Part shown: piece by piece, positions 45,970-54,530 of the stretch
Layout: every line of letters begins with the position of its first letter
How positions within the stretch are numbered: the stretch's first letter is position 1
Assembly (NCBI GenBank): GCA_018303755.1
Contig: JAGVXO010000006.1
Span: 1,140 to 65,139 of the forward strand
Length of the DNA stretch: 64,000 nt
Reading direction: 5' to 3'
DNA from: Candidatus Pacearchaeota archaeon
GTDB lineage: Archaea > Nanobdellota > Nanobdellia > Pacearchaeales > GW2011-AR1
Made by a program: the position numbers and the translations under genes
Notes under the pieces: model-generated
What the model saw: the letters and a program-made list of their open reading frames with translations, nothing else
Told to the model about the DNA's origin: nothing
Database searches by the model: none

Positions 45970-46470
45970 TTATTTCATCCCCTCAATTGTCAGAAATGCC
46001 TTAACCTGCTCTGTTATTTCATCAACATCGCGGATTAGTTTTATCTCGTATTTTTTCATTGTGCCTTTAATTATATACTCATCATAAATTCCTCTTAAAA
46101 ACTTCATAAATGGATTTACATCCCATCTGCTTCCCCAGTCTCTTATCAAAGTTCCTGAAATCTTTACTTCAAATGTTCCCTGATTTGTTTTTACCTTTTT
46201 CCCGTTTTTTTCAACTTCGACTGACTTCATGCCGATTATTCTCCATGCAAGTTTCATTTGATTCTTGAAATAATCCGAAATTTTTTTATTTGCCTCCCAG
46301 ACAATTTCAATTTTCTTTGAATCTCCTGTCACTTCTTCTGAATATTTTTGCTCTTCAACATCATATTTCTCCTCAACAAGCCACCTGTAAACAAACTGAT
46401 AAACTTCCTTAAAATCAAACAAGCCGGACATTTTAACTTTCTGTTCAAATATCTTCTCTTTTTCAGCCAT
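45970..46470 (-). CDS. hypothetical protein
   Basis: 166-aa ORF with no recognisable motif. Confidence 0.5.
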   Translation of the reverse strand: MAEKEKIFEQKVKMSGLFDFKEVYQFVYRWLVEEKYDVEEQKYSEEVTGDSKKIEIVWEANKKISDYFKNQMKLAWRIIGMKSVEVEKNGKKVKTNQGTFEVKISGTLIRDWGSRWDVNPFMKFLRGIYDEYIIKGTMKKYEIKLIRDVDEITEQVKAFLTIEGMK

Positions 46471-46561
46471 AAATTAAATACATAAATGGGATATATAAAG
46501 TTTATCCAAGACTGCCAATTTAAAGGTGCATAAAAACAATCAAGGTAAACTTTATTTATCA

Positions 46562-46650
46562 GCCATGCTCCCTGTTTTATTCTGCAAATCTGCTAACTGT
46601 GAGTACATTGGAATTTTCATATGGGCATAATATTCAAATTCAAAAGAGAG
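46562..46650 (+). repeat. IGR3B partial copy (A/B blocks), forward
   Basis: GCCATGCTCCCTGTTTTATTCTGCAAATCTGCTAACTGTGAGTACATTGGAATTTTC. Confidence 0.65.
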
Positions 46651-46733
46651 TATAACGCCTTAACTTGACATTATCCCAAGAAGTCACTTTCCAATTATAC
46701 AAGAATATTTAAATAAGTAAAGCATAAAATTGT

Positions 46734-47294
46734 ATGGAAAAAAGAATAAGGGTGGGGGATATAATGACAAGAAATTATGTCCATGTCAAGCCAAACACTG
46801 CTTTGATTGACTGCGCAAAAGAAATGATAAAAAAAAGAGTTGGAAGCCTTATTATTAAAGAAGGTGATGAATTAAAAGGAATTATTACTGAAAAAGATAT
46901 TGTCTGGGCTTTAACAAAGAAGAAAGCAGACTTTGGAAGTATTCTTGCAAAAGATGTGGCTGCAAGAAAATTAATCACAATAAAACCAGACACTGGGATT
47001 GAAGAGGCGCTGCAAAAAATGAACAGGAGCAAAATAAGAAGAATGCCTGTTGTCTCAAACAAAAAAATAATTGGGTATATAACTTTAAAAGATATTGTAA
47101 AATTTATGCCTTCAATATTTCAGGAAAATAGGGAATTTGAAAGAATAAGAGAAGAAGAAGATAAAATACAAAGAAGCAGCGCTGCATCAAAAGGAAAATT
47201 CACCGAGGACTTATGTGAGGAATGTGGAAATTTTGATATTCTTGAAAAAATTGACGGAAGAATGATTTGCGAGTCGTGCAAAGATATTATGTAA
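46734..47294 (+). CDS. CBS-domain pair protein with C-terminal zinc ribbon
   Basis: Two CBS repeats are present (IMTRNYVHV..., VAARKLITIKPDT...). The C-terminus is CEECGNF...CESC. Confidence 0.75.
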   Translation: MEKRIRVGDIMTRNYVHVKPNTALIDCAKEMIKKRVGSLIIKEGDELKGIITEKDIVWALTKKKADFGSILAKDVAARKLITIKPDTGIEEALQKMNRSKIRRMPVVSNKKIIGYITLKDIVKFMPSIFQENREFERIREEEDKIQRSSAASKGKFTEDLCEECGNFDILEKIDGRMICESCKDIM

Positions 47295-47310
47295 ATTATG
47301 CAGAAATAAA

Positions 47311-47592
47311 TCAGTAATGCCTTTGAGAATTTTTTTGATGTGGATGAATATGCTCTTTATAATGTCTTTTATTTTCTAAATCTTCTTCGCGTCTACTACG
47401 CTGATCATTCACAATCATTCCAATAACTATTGCGGTTGTTCCAAATGCAGCTAAAGATCCTCCGGCAATGATATAATTATCATAGGGATTTCCAGAAGTA
47501 TCTTCTGCAAGTCTCCCTGCAAAAGCAACAAGTAATCCTGAAGCGCTTACAACAACTCCTGTTTTCAAAACCATATCCGCAAGAGAACCCAT
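47311..47592 (-). CDS. small membrane protein
   Basis: 93 aa with two hydrophobic helices and a basic tail. Confidence 0.4.
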   Translation of the reverse strand: MGSLADMVLKTGVVVSASGLLVAFAGRLAEDTSGNPYDNYIIAGGSLAAFGTTAIVIGMIVNDQRSRREEDLENKRHYKEHIHPHQKNSQRHY

Positions 47593-47628
47593 TAAATACT
47601 AAATGATTCATTTTATTTAAGGTTTGCT

Positions 47629-47670
47629 GTGTTCCATCGATTCTCTCATGCGCCCACCGAGAATCGAACT
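47629..47670 (-). repeat. 42-bp duplicate of the tRNA-Gly 3' end (22 nt) plus trailer (20 nt)
   Basis: It is identical to 47742..47783. It lacks the 5' T-stem strand, so it is a fragment and not a tRNA. Confidence 0.85.
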
Positions 47671-47761
47671 TAAAAACCACCTGCGGGTTTTTATAATCCT
47701 GCATGTGTGATTTAGTTTTCCTATCCTGCATGTGTATTTGAGTGTTCCATCGATTCTCTCA

Positions 47762-47832
47762 TGCGCCCACCGAGAATCGAACTCGGGTCGCCTCGTTGGC
47801 AACGAGACATTCTACCATTAAACCATGAGCGC
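47762..47832 (-). tRNA. tRNA-Gly (anticodon GCC)
   Basis: Hand-folded. The acceptor is GCGCTCA/TGGGCGC, the anticodon arm TCTCG-TTGCCAA-CGAGG, and the T arm CCGAG-TTCGATT-CTCGG. Confidence 0.9.
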
Positions 47833-47897
47833 AGAGCAATAGTATCAAAAAACCAATATTTAAAAAGACTTTGATATAAATAATACTATAAGATTTC

Positions 47898-47968
47898 AGG
47901 CCCTGTAGTCTAGTGGCAAAACGATTCGTTTACACCGAGTAGTCAGGAGTTCGATTCTCTTCAGGGCC
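47898..47968 (+). tRNA. tRNA-Val (anticodon TAC)
   Basis: Hand-folded. The acceptor is GGCCCTG/CAGGGCC, the anticodon arm ATTCG-TTTACAC-CGAGT, and the T arm AGGAG-TTCGATT-CTCTT. The D stem has one C:A mismatch. Confidence 0.8.
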
Positions 47969-48008
47969 ACTCAGTTAGTTTTAAAAATAACAAACCTTTT
48001 CTAAAAAA

Positions 48009-48413
48009 ATGCAAACATTTTTGCCATACCCGAATTTTGAAAAATCTCTGAAATGCTTAGACAGCCGAAGGCTTGGAAAACAAAGAGTTGAAGCGCATCA
48101 GATATTAAACATTATATTGGGCAGGACAAACAAAAAAGGATGGAAAAATCATCCTGCTGTAAAAATGTGGAAAAAGAATCCAAATGCGCTTAAACTTTAT
48201 TTTAATAACTCTCTGGAAGAATGGATTTTAAGGGGCTATAAAAACAATATGAAATTTGAAAAAATAAGAGGAAAAATAATTTCTCCAAAATGGCTTGGAA
48301 ATAGAAAATTCCACGCCTCGCACAGAAGCAACCTGCTAAGAAAAAATAAAGAATTTTATTCAAAATTCAAATGGAAGGAAAAAACAAATATAGATTATGT
48401 TTGGCCAGAATAA
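48009..48413 (+). CDS. conserved small protein of the MQTFLPYP...LGKQR...HPA family (function unproven)
   Basis: MQTFLPYPNFEKSLKCLDSRRLGKQRVEAHQIL...GWKNHPAVKMW is a widely conserved N-terminal signature, recognised from memory. Confidence 0.55.
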   Translation: MQTFLPYPNFEKSLKCLDSRRLGKQRVEAHQILNIILGRTNKKGWKNHPAVKMWKKNPNALKLYFNNSLEEWILRGYKNNMKFEKIRGKIISPKWLGNRKFHASHRSNLLRKNKEFYSKFKWKEKTNIDYVWPE

Positions 48414-48414
48414 A

Positions 48415-48789
48415 TTATCTTTTCTTCCTCGCCAAATCATAAATCCCAACCAAAAACACGCCTTCAATTAATCCTGCAATCAAATAAAATTCAGAAAAGT
48501 AAGTTAAATAATTTCCACCCGCAGGCATTATAAACAAAGGCACTGTAATTATCATATCCAAAATTATTCCAGTTGCAACCATAATCAATCCAAGCAAAAA
48601 ACCATTTAACCTATCTTTGCTTTTATAATAAAGCCATGCACAGAAAAAAGCCATTGGAATCATTAAAATGTAATGTATGATATAAGTTGCTAAATTGCTG
48701 AATTTAAGCATAATCATCGTAATGCTTATCTCAACAAAGATTAGAAACCAGAACAATACTCCTACTCCCAAAGCGCGCGTTAATTTCAT
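48415..48789 (-). CDS. membrane protein
   Basis: 124 aa with four hydrophobic helices. Confidence 0.5.
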   Translation of the reverse strand: MKLTRALGVGVLFWFLIFVEISITMIMLKFSNLATYIIHYILMIPMAFFCAWLYYKSKDRLNGFLLGLIMVATGIILDMIITVPLFIMPAGGNYLTYFSEFYLIAGLIEGVFLVGIYDLARKKR

Positions 48790-48867
48790 AAATTATACAG
48801 GAGAGCCATATTTAAAAATGTTCTTACTTTTCAAAATGTTTATATAATCTAAATAACTTGTTAAGGA

Positions 48868-49110
48868 ATGGACGCATCACAAATATATATTCTAATTTCA
48901 ATAATTCTTTTGCTGATAATTGCAATTGTAATCTTTTTTGCAAAAAAAGACAAAAAACAAAAACCACTTACTCCTTTGGCAGGACTTGCATTTGCATTCA
49001 TCATTGCAGGAATTGTCTTTGGAAAAAGCAGAGCAGCAGGTTATAGTTTAATAGGAGCAGGGGTTTTATTAGCAATAATTGATATTGTCATAAAATTCAA
49101 GAAAAAATGA
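48868..49110 (+). CDS. small membrane protein
   Basis: 80 aa with two hydrophobic helices. The other-frame ORF 48858..49046 is rejected. Confidence 0.45.
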   Translation: MDASQIYILISIILLLIIAIVIFFAKKDKKQKPLTPLAGLAFAFIIAGIVFGKSRAAGYSLIGAGVLLAIIDIVIKFKKK

Positions 49111-49259
49111 AAAACAAATTAAGAAAAGATTGGATGCTGGGATTTTTAGGATTTTTAGGATTCTGGGGAATTCCTGAAATTCTAACACAGGATTGGTTTG
49201 GTGCTTTATGGCTGCTTTGGTTTATTTGGTTTAGTTATTTTATACCAAGAAAAGGATAA
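49107..49259 (+). CDS. small membrane protein (50 aa, below the ORF-track cutoff)
   Basis: Hand-translated as MKNKLRKDWMLGFLGFLGFWGIPEILTQDWFGALWLLWFIWFSYFIPRKG. There is an ATGA overlap with the upstream stop. Confidence 0.35.
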   Translation: MKNKLRKDWMLGFLGFLGFWGIPEILTQDWFGALWLLWFIWFSYFIPRKG

Positions 49260-49262
49260 AAG

Positions 49263-49673
49263 ATGGTGAAAATTAATAAATTCATATTCTGGACGCCGAG
49301 AATACTGGCGATTTTATTTATATTATTCTTAGCATTGTTTTCTCTGGATGTTTTTGATGGAAATTATGGATTCTGGGAAACATTTTTAGGATTATTTATG
49401 CATAATCTTCCGTCACTTATTTTATTGATTATCTTAATAATCTCTTGGAAGCATGAATTAGTTGGAGCAGTTGCTTTTATATCAGCAGGATTGTTATATA
49501 TAGTATTTGCAATAACACGAGCAGAAACATGGCAAATGGTTTTGTTATGGATATTTCAAATCTCCGGAATTGCTTTCCTCATAGGCATTTTATTCTTAAT
49601 TTGCTGGAAACAAAAGAAAAAATCTGGCAGAAAAATTATATTAAAAGGGCGTAAAACAAATACAAAGCATTAA
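49263..49673 (+). CDS. membrane protein
   Basis: 136 aa with four hydrophobic helices and a basic tail. Confidence 0.5.
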   Translation: MVKINKFIFWTPRILAILFILFLALFSLDVFDGNYGFWETFLGLFMHNLPSLILLIILIISWKHELVGAVAFISAGLLYIVFAITRAETWQMVLLWIFQISGIAFLIGILFLICWKQKKKSGRKIILKGRKTNTKH

Positions 49674-49698
49674 TAAAGTCAAATTTCCTGCATTCTTT

Positions 49699-49794
49699 AT
49701 GCCGAAAAATGGTTGCAGAAAATGCCGCAAACTTTTAAGAGGAACTTGTCGTAAATGCAGAGTTAGAAATCGCACAACCAATGGTTCTCCATAA
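49699..49794 (+). CDS. very small basic zinc-ribbon-like protein (31 aa)
   Basis: Hand-translated as MPKNGCRKCRKLLRGTCRKCRVRNRTTNGSP, giving CxxC-x8-CxxC. Confidence 0.3.
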   Translation: MPKNGCRKCRKLLRGTCRKCRVRNRTTNGSP

Positions 49795-49876
49795 TTGCCA
49801 AAATATTACAAAAGTTTTATAAACCTCTCTTCTACCTAAATTTATAAACTGCAAAATATATTATCTAGTATACAAA

Positions 49877-51655
49877 ATGGAAAAACAAACAACGCCAAAA
49901 AATCTGAACGAGCAGATTAATAATCCTAAATATATTCCTGCAGGCGGAATGCCAGAGATCTCAGAACATGAAAAAAAGGAAATTGACAAGCAGAAAAAAG
50001 AGCTTGATAAATTAAAGGATAATATAACTAAAAAATATCCATTTACAATTGCAATAGGAATTCTTCCTCAGCAGTATGTTCCAAAAATTGAGCAGGAAGA
50101 AAACATTCCTGAATCAGAAAAAAATGAAAAAAGAATTCACATTGTGCATATAATTCCAGAAGAGCAGTTTAAAAATATTCCAAAAATAAAAAAAGAGCTT
50201 CTTGAACTAACAAAAGAAATGAAGCCAAAAGCCTGGTTTCACATAATAACTCCTGTTGATATCTGGAATTTTTTAATGGATTCAAGGTATGACTTAAGCA
50301 GTGCAGTTGCAATGGCTTTTCCGCTTTATGACAAGGGGCTTTTAGGCGCTTTAAGAGTTGCAGAAGTGCACAAAAGCCTGGTTTTAAGAAAATTTGAAAA
50401 ATATGTGAGCAGTTATGTTATCGCAGGAAGCCTAGTAAGGGGAACTGCAACAAAAACTTCTGATATTGATGTTTTTGTGATAATTGATGATACAGATGTC
50501 AAAAGAATGCCAAGACTGGAATTAAGAGAAAGATTAAGAAGTATTATTTATCAATATATTCCAGAAGCGTCTGCAATTGCAGGAGTTAAAAATAAGCTTG
50601 AACCGCAAATTTATTTATTAACTGATTTCTGGGAAGCTGTAAAAGACGCGCATCCTGTGATGTTTACTTTTATAAGAGATGGAGTTGCACTTTACGACAA
50701 AGGAACATTCACTCCTTGGAAGCTTCTTCTTAAGATGGGAAAAATAAAGCCATCTCCAGAAGCAATTGATATGTTCATGTCAATGGGCGACAAAACAGCT
50801 GATACAGTTAATAGAAGATTAATTGATGCAATGATTGATATTTATTACGGAGTTTTAACTCCATCACAAGCATTGCTTATGCTTTATGGCTTGGCTCCAC
50901 CGACGCACAAGGAAACTCCAACAGTATTTAAGGAGATATTTCATGATAAAGAGAAATTAATTGAGGCAAAATATGTTAAAACACTTGAAAGAGCAGTTAG
51001 GTTATTTAAGGATTATGAACACGGAAAACTCAAAAAAATGAAAGGAGAGGAAATTGACACTCTTCTTAAAGAAATGGAGGATTATATAAAAAGAATGAAG
51101 CAGTTGAGAGAGCAGATTGAAAAAGCTGTGCAGAAAAAAACAATAGAGCAGATTGAACACGAAGTATTTGAAATTCTTGCAAATCTTCTAGGCAAAAAAT
51201 CAAGAAAAGAATTAATCTCCACTTTTGACAAAGAGCTTGTTAAAAAAGGCAAAATGCCTCAAAAAATGCTTTCTATAATTAAAGATATAGAGACTGCTGT
51301 AGCTGACATGAAAAAAGGAAAAACAAAAAATGCAGAAAGCGTGAGAAAAGATTCTGTTATTTTAATGAATCATCTTATTGATTATGGGCAGAGATGCGAC
51401 CTGGTTGCAATTGACAAATCAAGAATGCAGATTATTTACAAAAACAACAGGGCAGAACTTATTTTCACAGAGCAGGAAGCATTTTTAATAGAAGGGCAAT
51501 CAATCAAAAAAATAACTGACAAAGTTGAGAATTCAAATCCAGAAGCGCTCAATAAAGCAATTGCATCTCAAAAAGGAAAACTGCAGATAAAATTCTCTCC
51601 TAAGATTTTTGAGCTTATAAGAAAAGAGCTCGGCGATTTCGAGATTGTGATTTAG
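49877..51655 (+). CDS. large Pol-beta-type nucleotidyltransferase-domain protein with helical C-terminal region
   Basis: GSLVRGTATKTSDIDVFVIIDD is present. The downstream helical region is paralogous to that of 59991..60818. Confidence 0.65.
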   Translation: MEKQTTPKNLNEQINNPKYIPAGGMPEISEHEKKEIDKQKKELDKLKDNITKKYPFTIAIGILPQQYVPKIEQEENIPESEKNEKRIHIVHIIPEEQFKNIPKIKKELLELTKEMKPKAWFHIITPVDIWNFLMDSRYDLSSAVAMAFPLYDKGLLGALRVAEVHKSLVLRKFEKYVSSYVIAGSLVRGTATKTSDIDVFVIIDDTDVKRMPRLELRERLRSIIYQYIPEASAIAGVKNKLEPQIYLLTDFWEAVKDAHPVMFTFIRDGVALYDKGTFTPWKLLLKMGKIKPSPEAIDMFMSMGDKTADTVNRRLIDAMIDIYYGVLTPSQALLMLYGLAPPTHKETPTVFKEIFHDKEKLIEAKYVKTLERAVRLFKDYEHGKLKKMKGEEIDTLLKEMEDYIKRMKQLREQIEKAVQKKTIEQIEHEVFEILANLLGKKSRKELISTFDKELVKKGKMPQKMLSIIKDIETAVADMKKGKTKNAESVRKDSVILMNHLIDYGQRCDLVAIDKSRMQIIYKNNRAELIFTEQEAFLIEGQSIKKITDKVENSNPEALNKAIASQKGKLQIKFSPKIFELIRKELGDFEIVI

Positions 51656-51699
51656 ATTATTAAAAATTTCAGAGTACAAATTACCAATTTACCAATTGC

Positions 51700-51909
51700 C
51701 TACATTATATCCCAAGCTATTGCTAACATAGCAAGAAGACCTGCATCTAATCCCTCCCTAACATTATTTGGAATGTGCAATCCATACATGTGTTTAACTC
51801 TTTGAATATCCTCTTGTGTTCCAGCATTATTTACCTCTAAAAAATATTCTCTATAATTTTCAAGCATTTGGACAACTTCCTGAGGTGTATAAACTTCTTT
51901 ATCTTCCAT
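51700..51909 (-). CDS. hypothetical small protein
   Basis: 69-aa ORF with no motif. Confidence 0.4.
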   Translation of the reverse strand: MEDKEVYTPQEVVQMLENYREYFLEVNNAGTQEDIQRVKHMYGLHIPNNVREGLDAGLLAMLAIAWDIM

Positions 51910-52029
51910 ATCTCTCCTTAAATTATTCTATTTTTAAAGTTTTATATCTTTCACAAATGCACTTTCAAATCCAAAAAGCTTTTTAAAAAGCTTTTTAAAC
52001 ACTCTTATCTGGTTAATTAGGTGATTAAA

Positions 52030-52284
52030 ATGAATGGAATGATTGTTCAGTTCAGGCGTGGAAGGCATGTAATTGAAGAAAAACATTTTCTCATAGAAGT
52101 AAATGCAAAAGACAGGGAAGAAGCTGAAAAGTTCGTCGGAAAAGAGGTTGTATGGACTTCAAAGTCAGGAAAAAAAATAAAAGGTAAAATTTCGGGAGCT
52201 CATGGAAACAAAGGGCTTGTAAGGGCAATATTTGAAAAAGGACTACCAGGACAGGCATTAACAAACGAGGTTGAAATAAAATGA
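52030..52284 (+). CDS. rpl35ae: 50S ribosomal protein L35Ae
   Basis: GMIVQFRRGRHVIEEKHFLIEV...GKISGAHGNKGLVRAIFEKGLPGQA. The ATG at 52030 is preceded by GGTGAT; the ORF track starts at the GTG at 52021. Confidence 0.88.
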   Translation: MNGMIVQFRRGRHVIEEKHFLIEVNAKDREEAEKFVGKEVVWTSKSGKKIKGKISGAHGNKGLVRAIFEKGLPGQALTNEVEIK

Positions 52285-52463
52285 GCGGAATAGATTGCGA
52301 GAGAGTAGTTGAGTTAGTTGAATTTAGTGATGAAGAAAGAATGCAACACTATCAATTTAGAGCAGTAGAAACAATGTTTAGGGATATTACTATAATTTCC
52401 AGATATCCTAATTTTCTTAAATATTTGAATAATTATTCTTTAATGATAGGAGTCACAAACTAA
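52281..52463 (+). CDS. questionable small ORF between rpl35ae and rpl10e
   Basis: 60 aa with ATGA coupling to the rpl35ae stop. No motif; it could be non-coding spacer. Confidence 0.3.
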   Translation: MSGIDCERVVELVEFSDEERMQHYQFRAVETMFRDITIISRYPNFLKYLNNYSLMIGVTN

Positions 52464-52464
52464 A

Positions 52465-52998
52465 ATGGTAGCATTAAGAAAAGCATGTGCATACTCAAAG
52501 AAATACACACGCCCTTATACAAGAATATCAAAGAAAAAATCAAAAAGTTTTATAAAAACAGTTCCGCAGATTAAAATTCCAAAATTTACTGCAGGAATAA
52601 AAGCAAAAGCAGGCAATTTTGAATATACTATTTCTCTTGTAAGCACTGAAAAAATTCAGGCAAGGGATAATGCCCTTGAAGCATCAAGGCAGTATGTTAC
52701 AAGAGAGCTTGACAAACTTATTCCAGGGCAGTTTTATCTTCAACTAAGTGTTTATCCGCACCATATTTTAAGAGAAAATAAAATGCTTACAGGAGCAGGA
52801 AGTGACAGAATGCAAACGGGAATGCAGAGGTCTTTTGGGAAAACAATAGGCAGAGCTGCGCTTATAAAACCTGGACAAAGGATTTTTACAGCAATGGCCT
52901 CTGGAGACAAAAGCATAAGAATAATCAGGGCAGCGTTTAATGCAGTAAAATCAAAGCTTCCTGGAAGGACAACAATTACGCTTGTGAAAAACCAGTAA
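52465..52998 (+). CDS. rpl10e: 50S ribosomal protein L10e (uL16)
   Basis: MVALRKACAYSKKYTRPYTRISKKKSKSFIKTVP...GAGSDRMQTGMQRSFGK. Confidence 0.9.
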   Translation: MVALRKACAYSKKYTRPYTRISKKKSKSFIKTVPQIKIPKFTAGIKAKAGNFEYTISLVSTEKIQARDNALEASRQYVTRELDKLIPGQFYLQLSVYPHHILRENKMLTGAGSDRMQTGMQRSFGKTIGRAALIKPGQRIFTAMASGDKSIRIIRAAFNAVKSKLPGRTTITLVKNQ

Positions 52999-53010
52999 AA
53001 TTTTTAATAT

Positions 53011-53155
53011 ATTTATTCTGCAAATCTGTGAACTTATTAATATGCTTGAATTTATACAATTTAATATGGAATAAGATTAATTGAAAAAATAAAGACAAAC
53101 TAAAAAAAGGTAAAATGTGGGGAGAAATTATGGGATGTTAGAAAAATTTATTTTA
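53011..53155 (+). repeat. IGR3B copy lacking the hairpin, forward, unit 1 of a 3-unit tandem array
   Basis: ATTTATTCTGCAAATCTGTGAAC...GGTAAAATGTGGGGAGAAATTATGGGATGTTAGAAAAATTTATTTTA. It starts 13 nt after the rpl10e stop. Confidence 0.8.
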
Positions 53156-53305
53156 GTGCGCTTCGCGCTTGTTTTATTTTTCAAATCCAACGCCATTTGT
53201 ATATTGGTTCTTCAAATGCTTTAATTTATATTTAATGAAAAAATAAAGTGCAATTTAAAAAACATTAAACAAGGAAAGTTATTGGATGTTAACAGAATAA
53301 ATATA
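53156..53305 (+). repeat. IGR3B full copy (subtype 1), forward, unit 2
   Basis: GTGCGCTTCGCGCTTGTTTTATTTTTCAAATCC...TATATTGGTTCTTCAAATGCTTTAATTTATATTTAATG...GGAAAGTTATTGGATGTTAACAGAATAAATATA. Confidence 0.85.
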
Positions 53306-53475
53306 GTGTTCGCTTCGCTCACCTATCTATTTTGCAAATCTCTAATCTGTTTATACATCAATTAATTTATATTCAAGTCATTTAATTTATAACAATAAAG
53401 AAGATTATGTAAAAATAAACCTTCAAGGAGAAAATGTAAAATAAGGAAAAGTAATGGTATAGTGGAAAAATATTC
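53306..53475 (+). repeat. IGR3B full copy (subtype 2), forward, unit 3
   Basis: GTGTTCGCTTCGCTCACCTATCTATTTTGCAAATCTCTAATCTGTTTATACATCAATTAATT...CCTTCAAGGAGAAAATGTAAAATAAGGAAAAGTAATGG. Confidence 0.85.
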
Positions 53476-53516
53476 AACCTAACAAACTTTATATATCCCA
53501 ATAATTTAAATTTGAT

Positions 53517-53717
53517 ATGATAAATACAAAAACTTTCTTTATCACGGAAAGTATAATCTCCATCGTGCTTGGGATAATTATAATCTTAAATACAAAAATA
53601 CCAATAATCGGCGCAGTTATTGCAAAAAATGAGCTTTCTCTTCAATCAGGAGTATTGTGGGGGGCTTTTTTCACATTTTTAGGAGTTGCGCTTCTTGTAA
53701 TTGAATTGAAAAGATAA
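53517..53717 (+). CDS. small membrane protein
   Basis: 66 aa with two hydrophobic helices. Confidence 0.4.
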   Translation: MINTKTFFITESIISIVLGIIIILNTKIPIIGAVIAKNELSLQSGVLWGAFFTFLGVALLVIELKR

Positions 53718-53781
53718 TTCTTATTGCAATTATATCAATAGAGAACATAAATATTTAAATTCTTCCTGAATTAAAAAAAAT

Positions 53782-54456
53782 ATGCAAGAAAAAATATCGG
53801 TTTATATTGCAGCTGCTTTGTTTAATGCCAGAGAAGCCCATTTTAATTCCTGTATTGTTAAAGCTCTTGAAAGAAGAGGTTATAAAACGAATTTTCCGCA
53901 AAGAGATGGTTTTGAATTTGCGGATTTGGCAGAGACGCTTAAAGAAACTCTTTCTCAAGAAGAAATACCGACTGCAGTTCAGGAGATTATTTATCATTTT
54001 GATATGGGTTTCCTTCTCCCGAGAAGTGATGTAATCTTAGCAAATCTCGATGAACCAATTGATGAAGGGGTCGTTACAGAAATTTCCTATGCACAATTAA
54101 TGGGAAAACCAGTAATTGGATTAAGAACAGACATTAGAAGTCCTTATGGTTCATTAACAGACAGGTTTAAGGGCATGCATTTTTTTCCTGCATTGCAATG
54201 TAATGAATTCGTTGCATATAAAATGCCCACTAACTCATCTCTTCTAAGCGATTCTGAAAATGAGTTTTATTCCCTTGCTAATGCAATTGCCCAAAGAATA
54301 TCTGCCTTAATGATAAATCCTCAGGAAACTATTCCAGATTATGTTTCCAGAAACCCAAATATAAGTAAGATTATTAAAAGAGCAGAACAATTATTCGGGG
54401 GTATTAAAAACATTCATTCTAAACAAGGGCTTGAAACAATTGCAAGAAGATATTAA
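53782..54456 (+). CDS. nucleoside 2-deoxyribosyltransferase-like protein
   Basis: ISVYIAAALFNAREAHFN and DEGVVTEISYAQLMGKPVIGL fit the NDT family pattern. Confidence 0.55.
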   Translation: MQEKISVYIAAALFNAREAHFNSCIVKALERRGYKTNFPQRDGFEFADLAETLKETLSQEEIPTAVQEIIYHFDMGFLLPRSDVILANLDEPIDEGVVTEISYAQLMGKPVIGLRTDIRSPYGSLTDRFKGMHFFPALQCNEFVAYKMPTNSSLLSDSENEFYSLANAIAQRISALMINPQETIPDYVSRNPNISKIIKRAEQLFGGIKNIHSKQGLETIARRY

Positions 54457-54530
54457 GAACATAAATAACATATAAAACAAAGATAATCGCACATAACAAA
54501 ATTTATTAATGCACTTTAATTAAACCTAAC

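Noticed and set aside
47480-47802. ORFs 47480..47731 and 47617..47802 (both contain FDSRWAHERIDGT)
   Set aside because: They are translations across tRNA-Gly and its duplicated 3' fragment. The repeated peptide is an artefact of the 42-bp DNA repeat.
47898-47968. Alternative fold of this tRNA giving anticodon TTA (a stop-codon suppressor)
   Set aside because: That register leaves the anticodon stem unpaired (G:G and A:A). The register with a 4-nt variable loop gives a clean 5-bp stem and the anticodon TAC (Val).
53011-53475. Tandem repeats considered as a CRISPR array
   Set aside because: The units are ~150-170 bp and directly abut each other. There is no short (25-40 bp) repeat alternating with unique spacers, and no cas genes are in the window.
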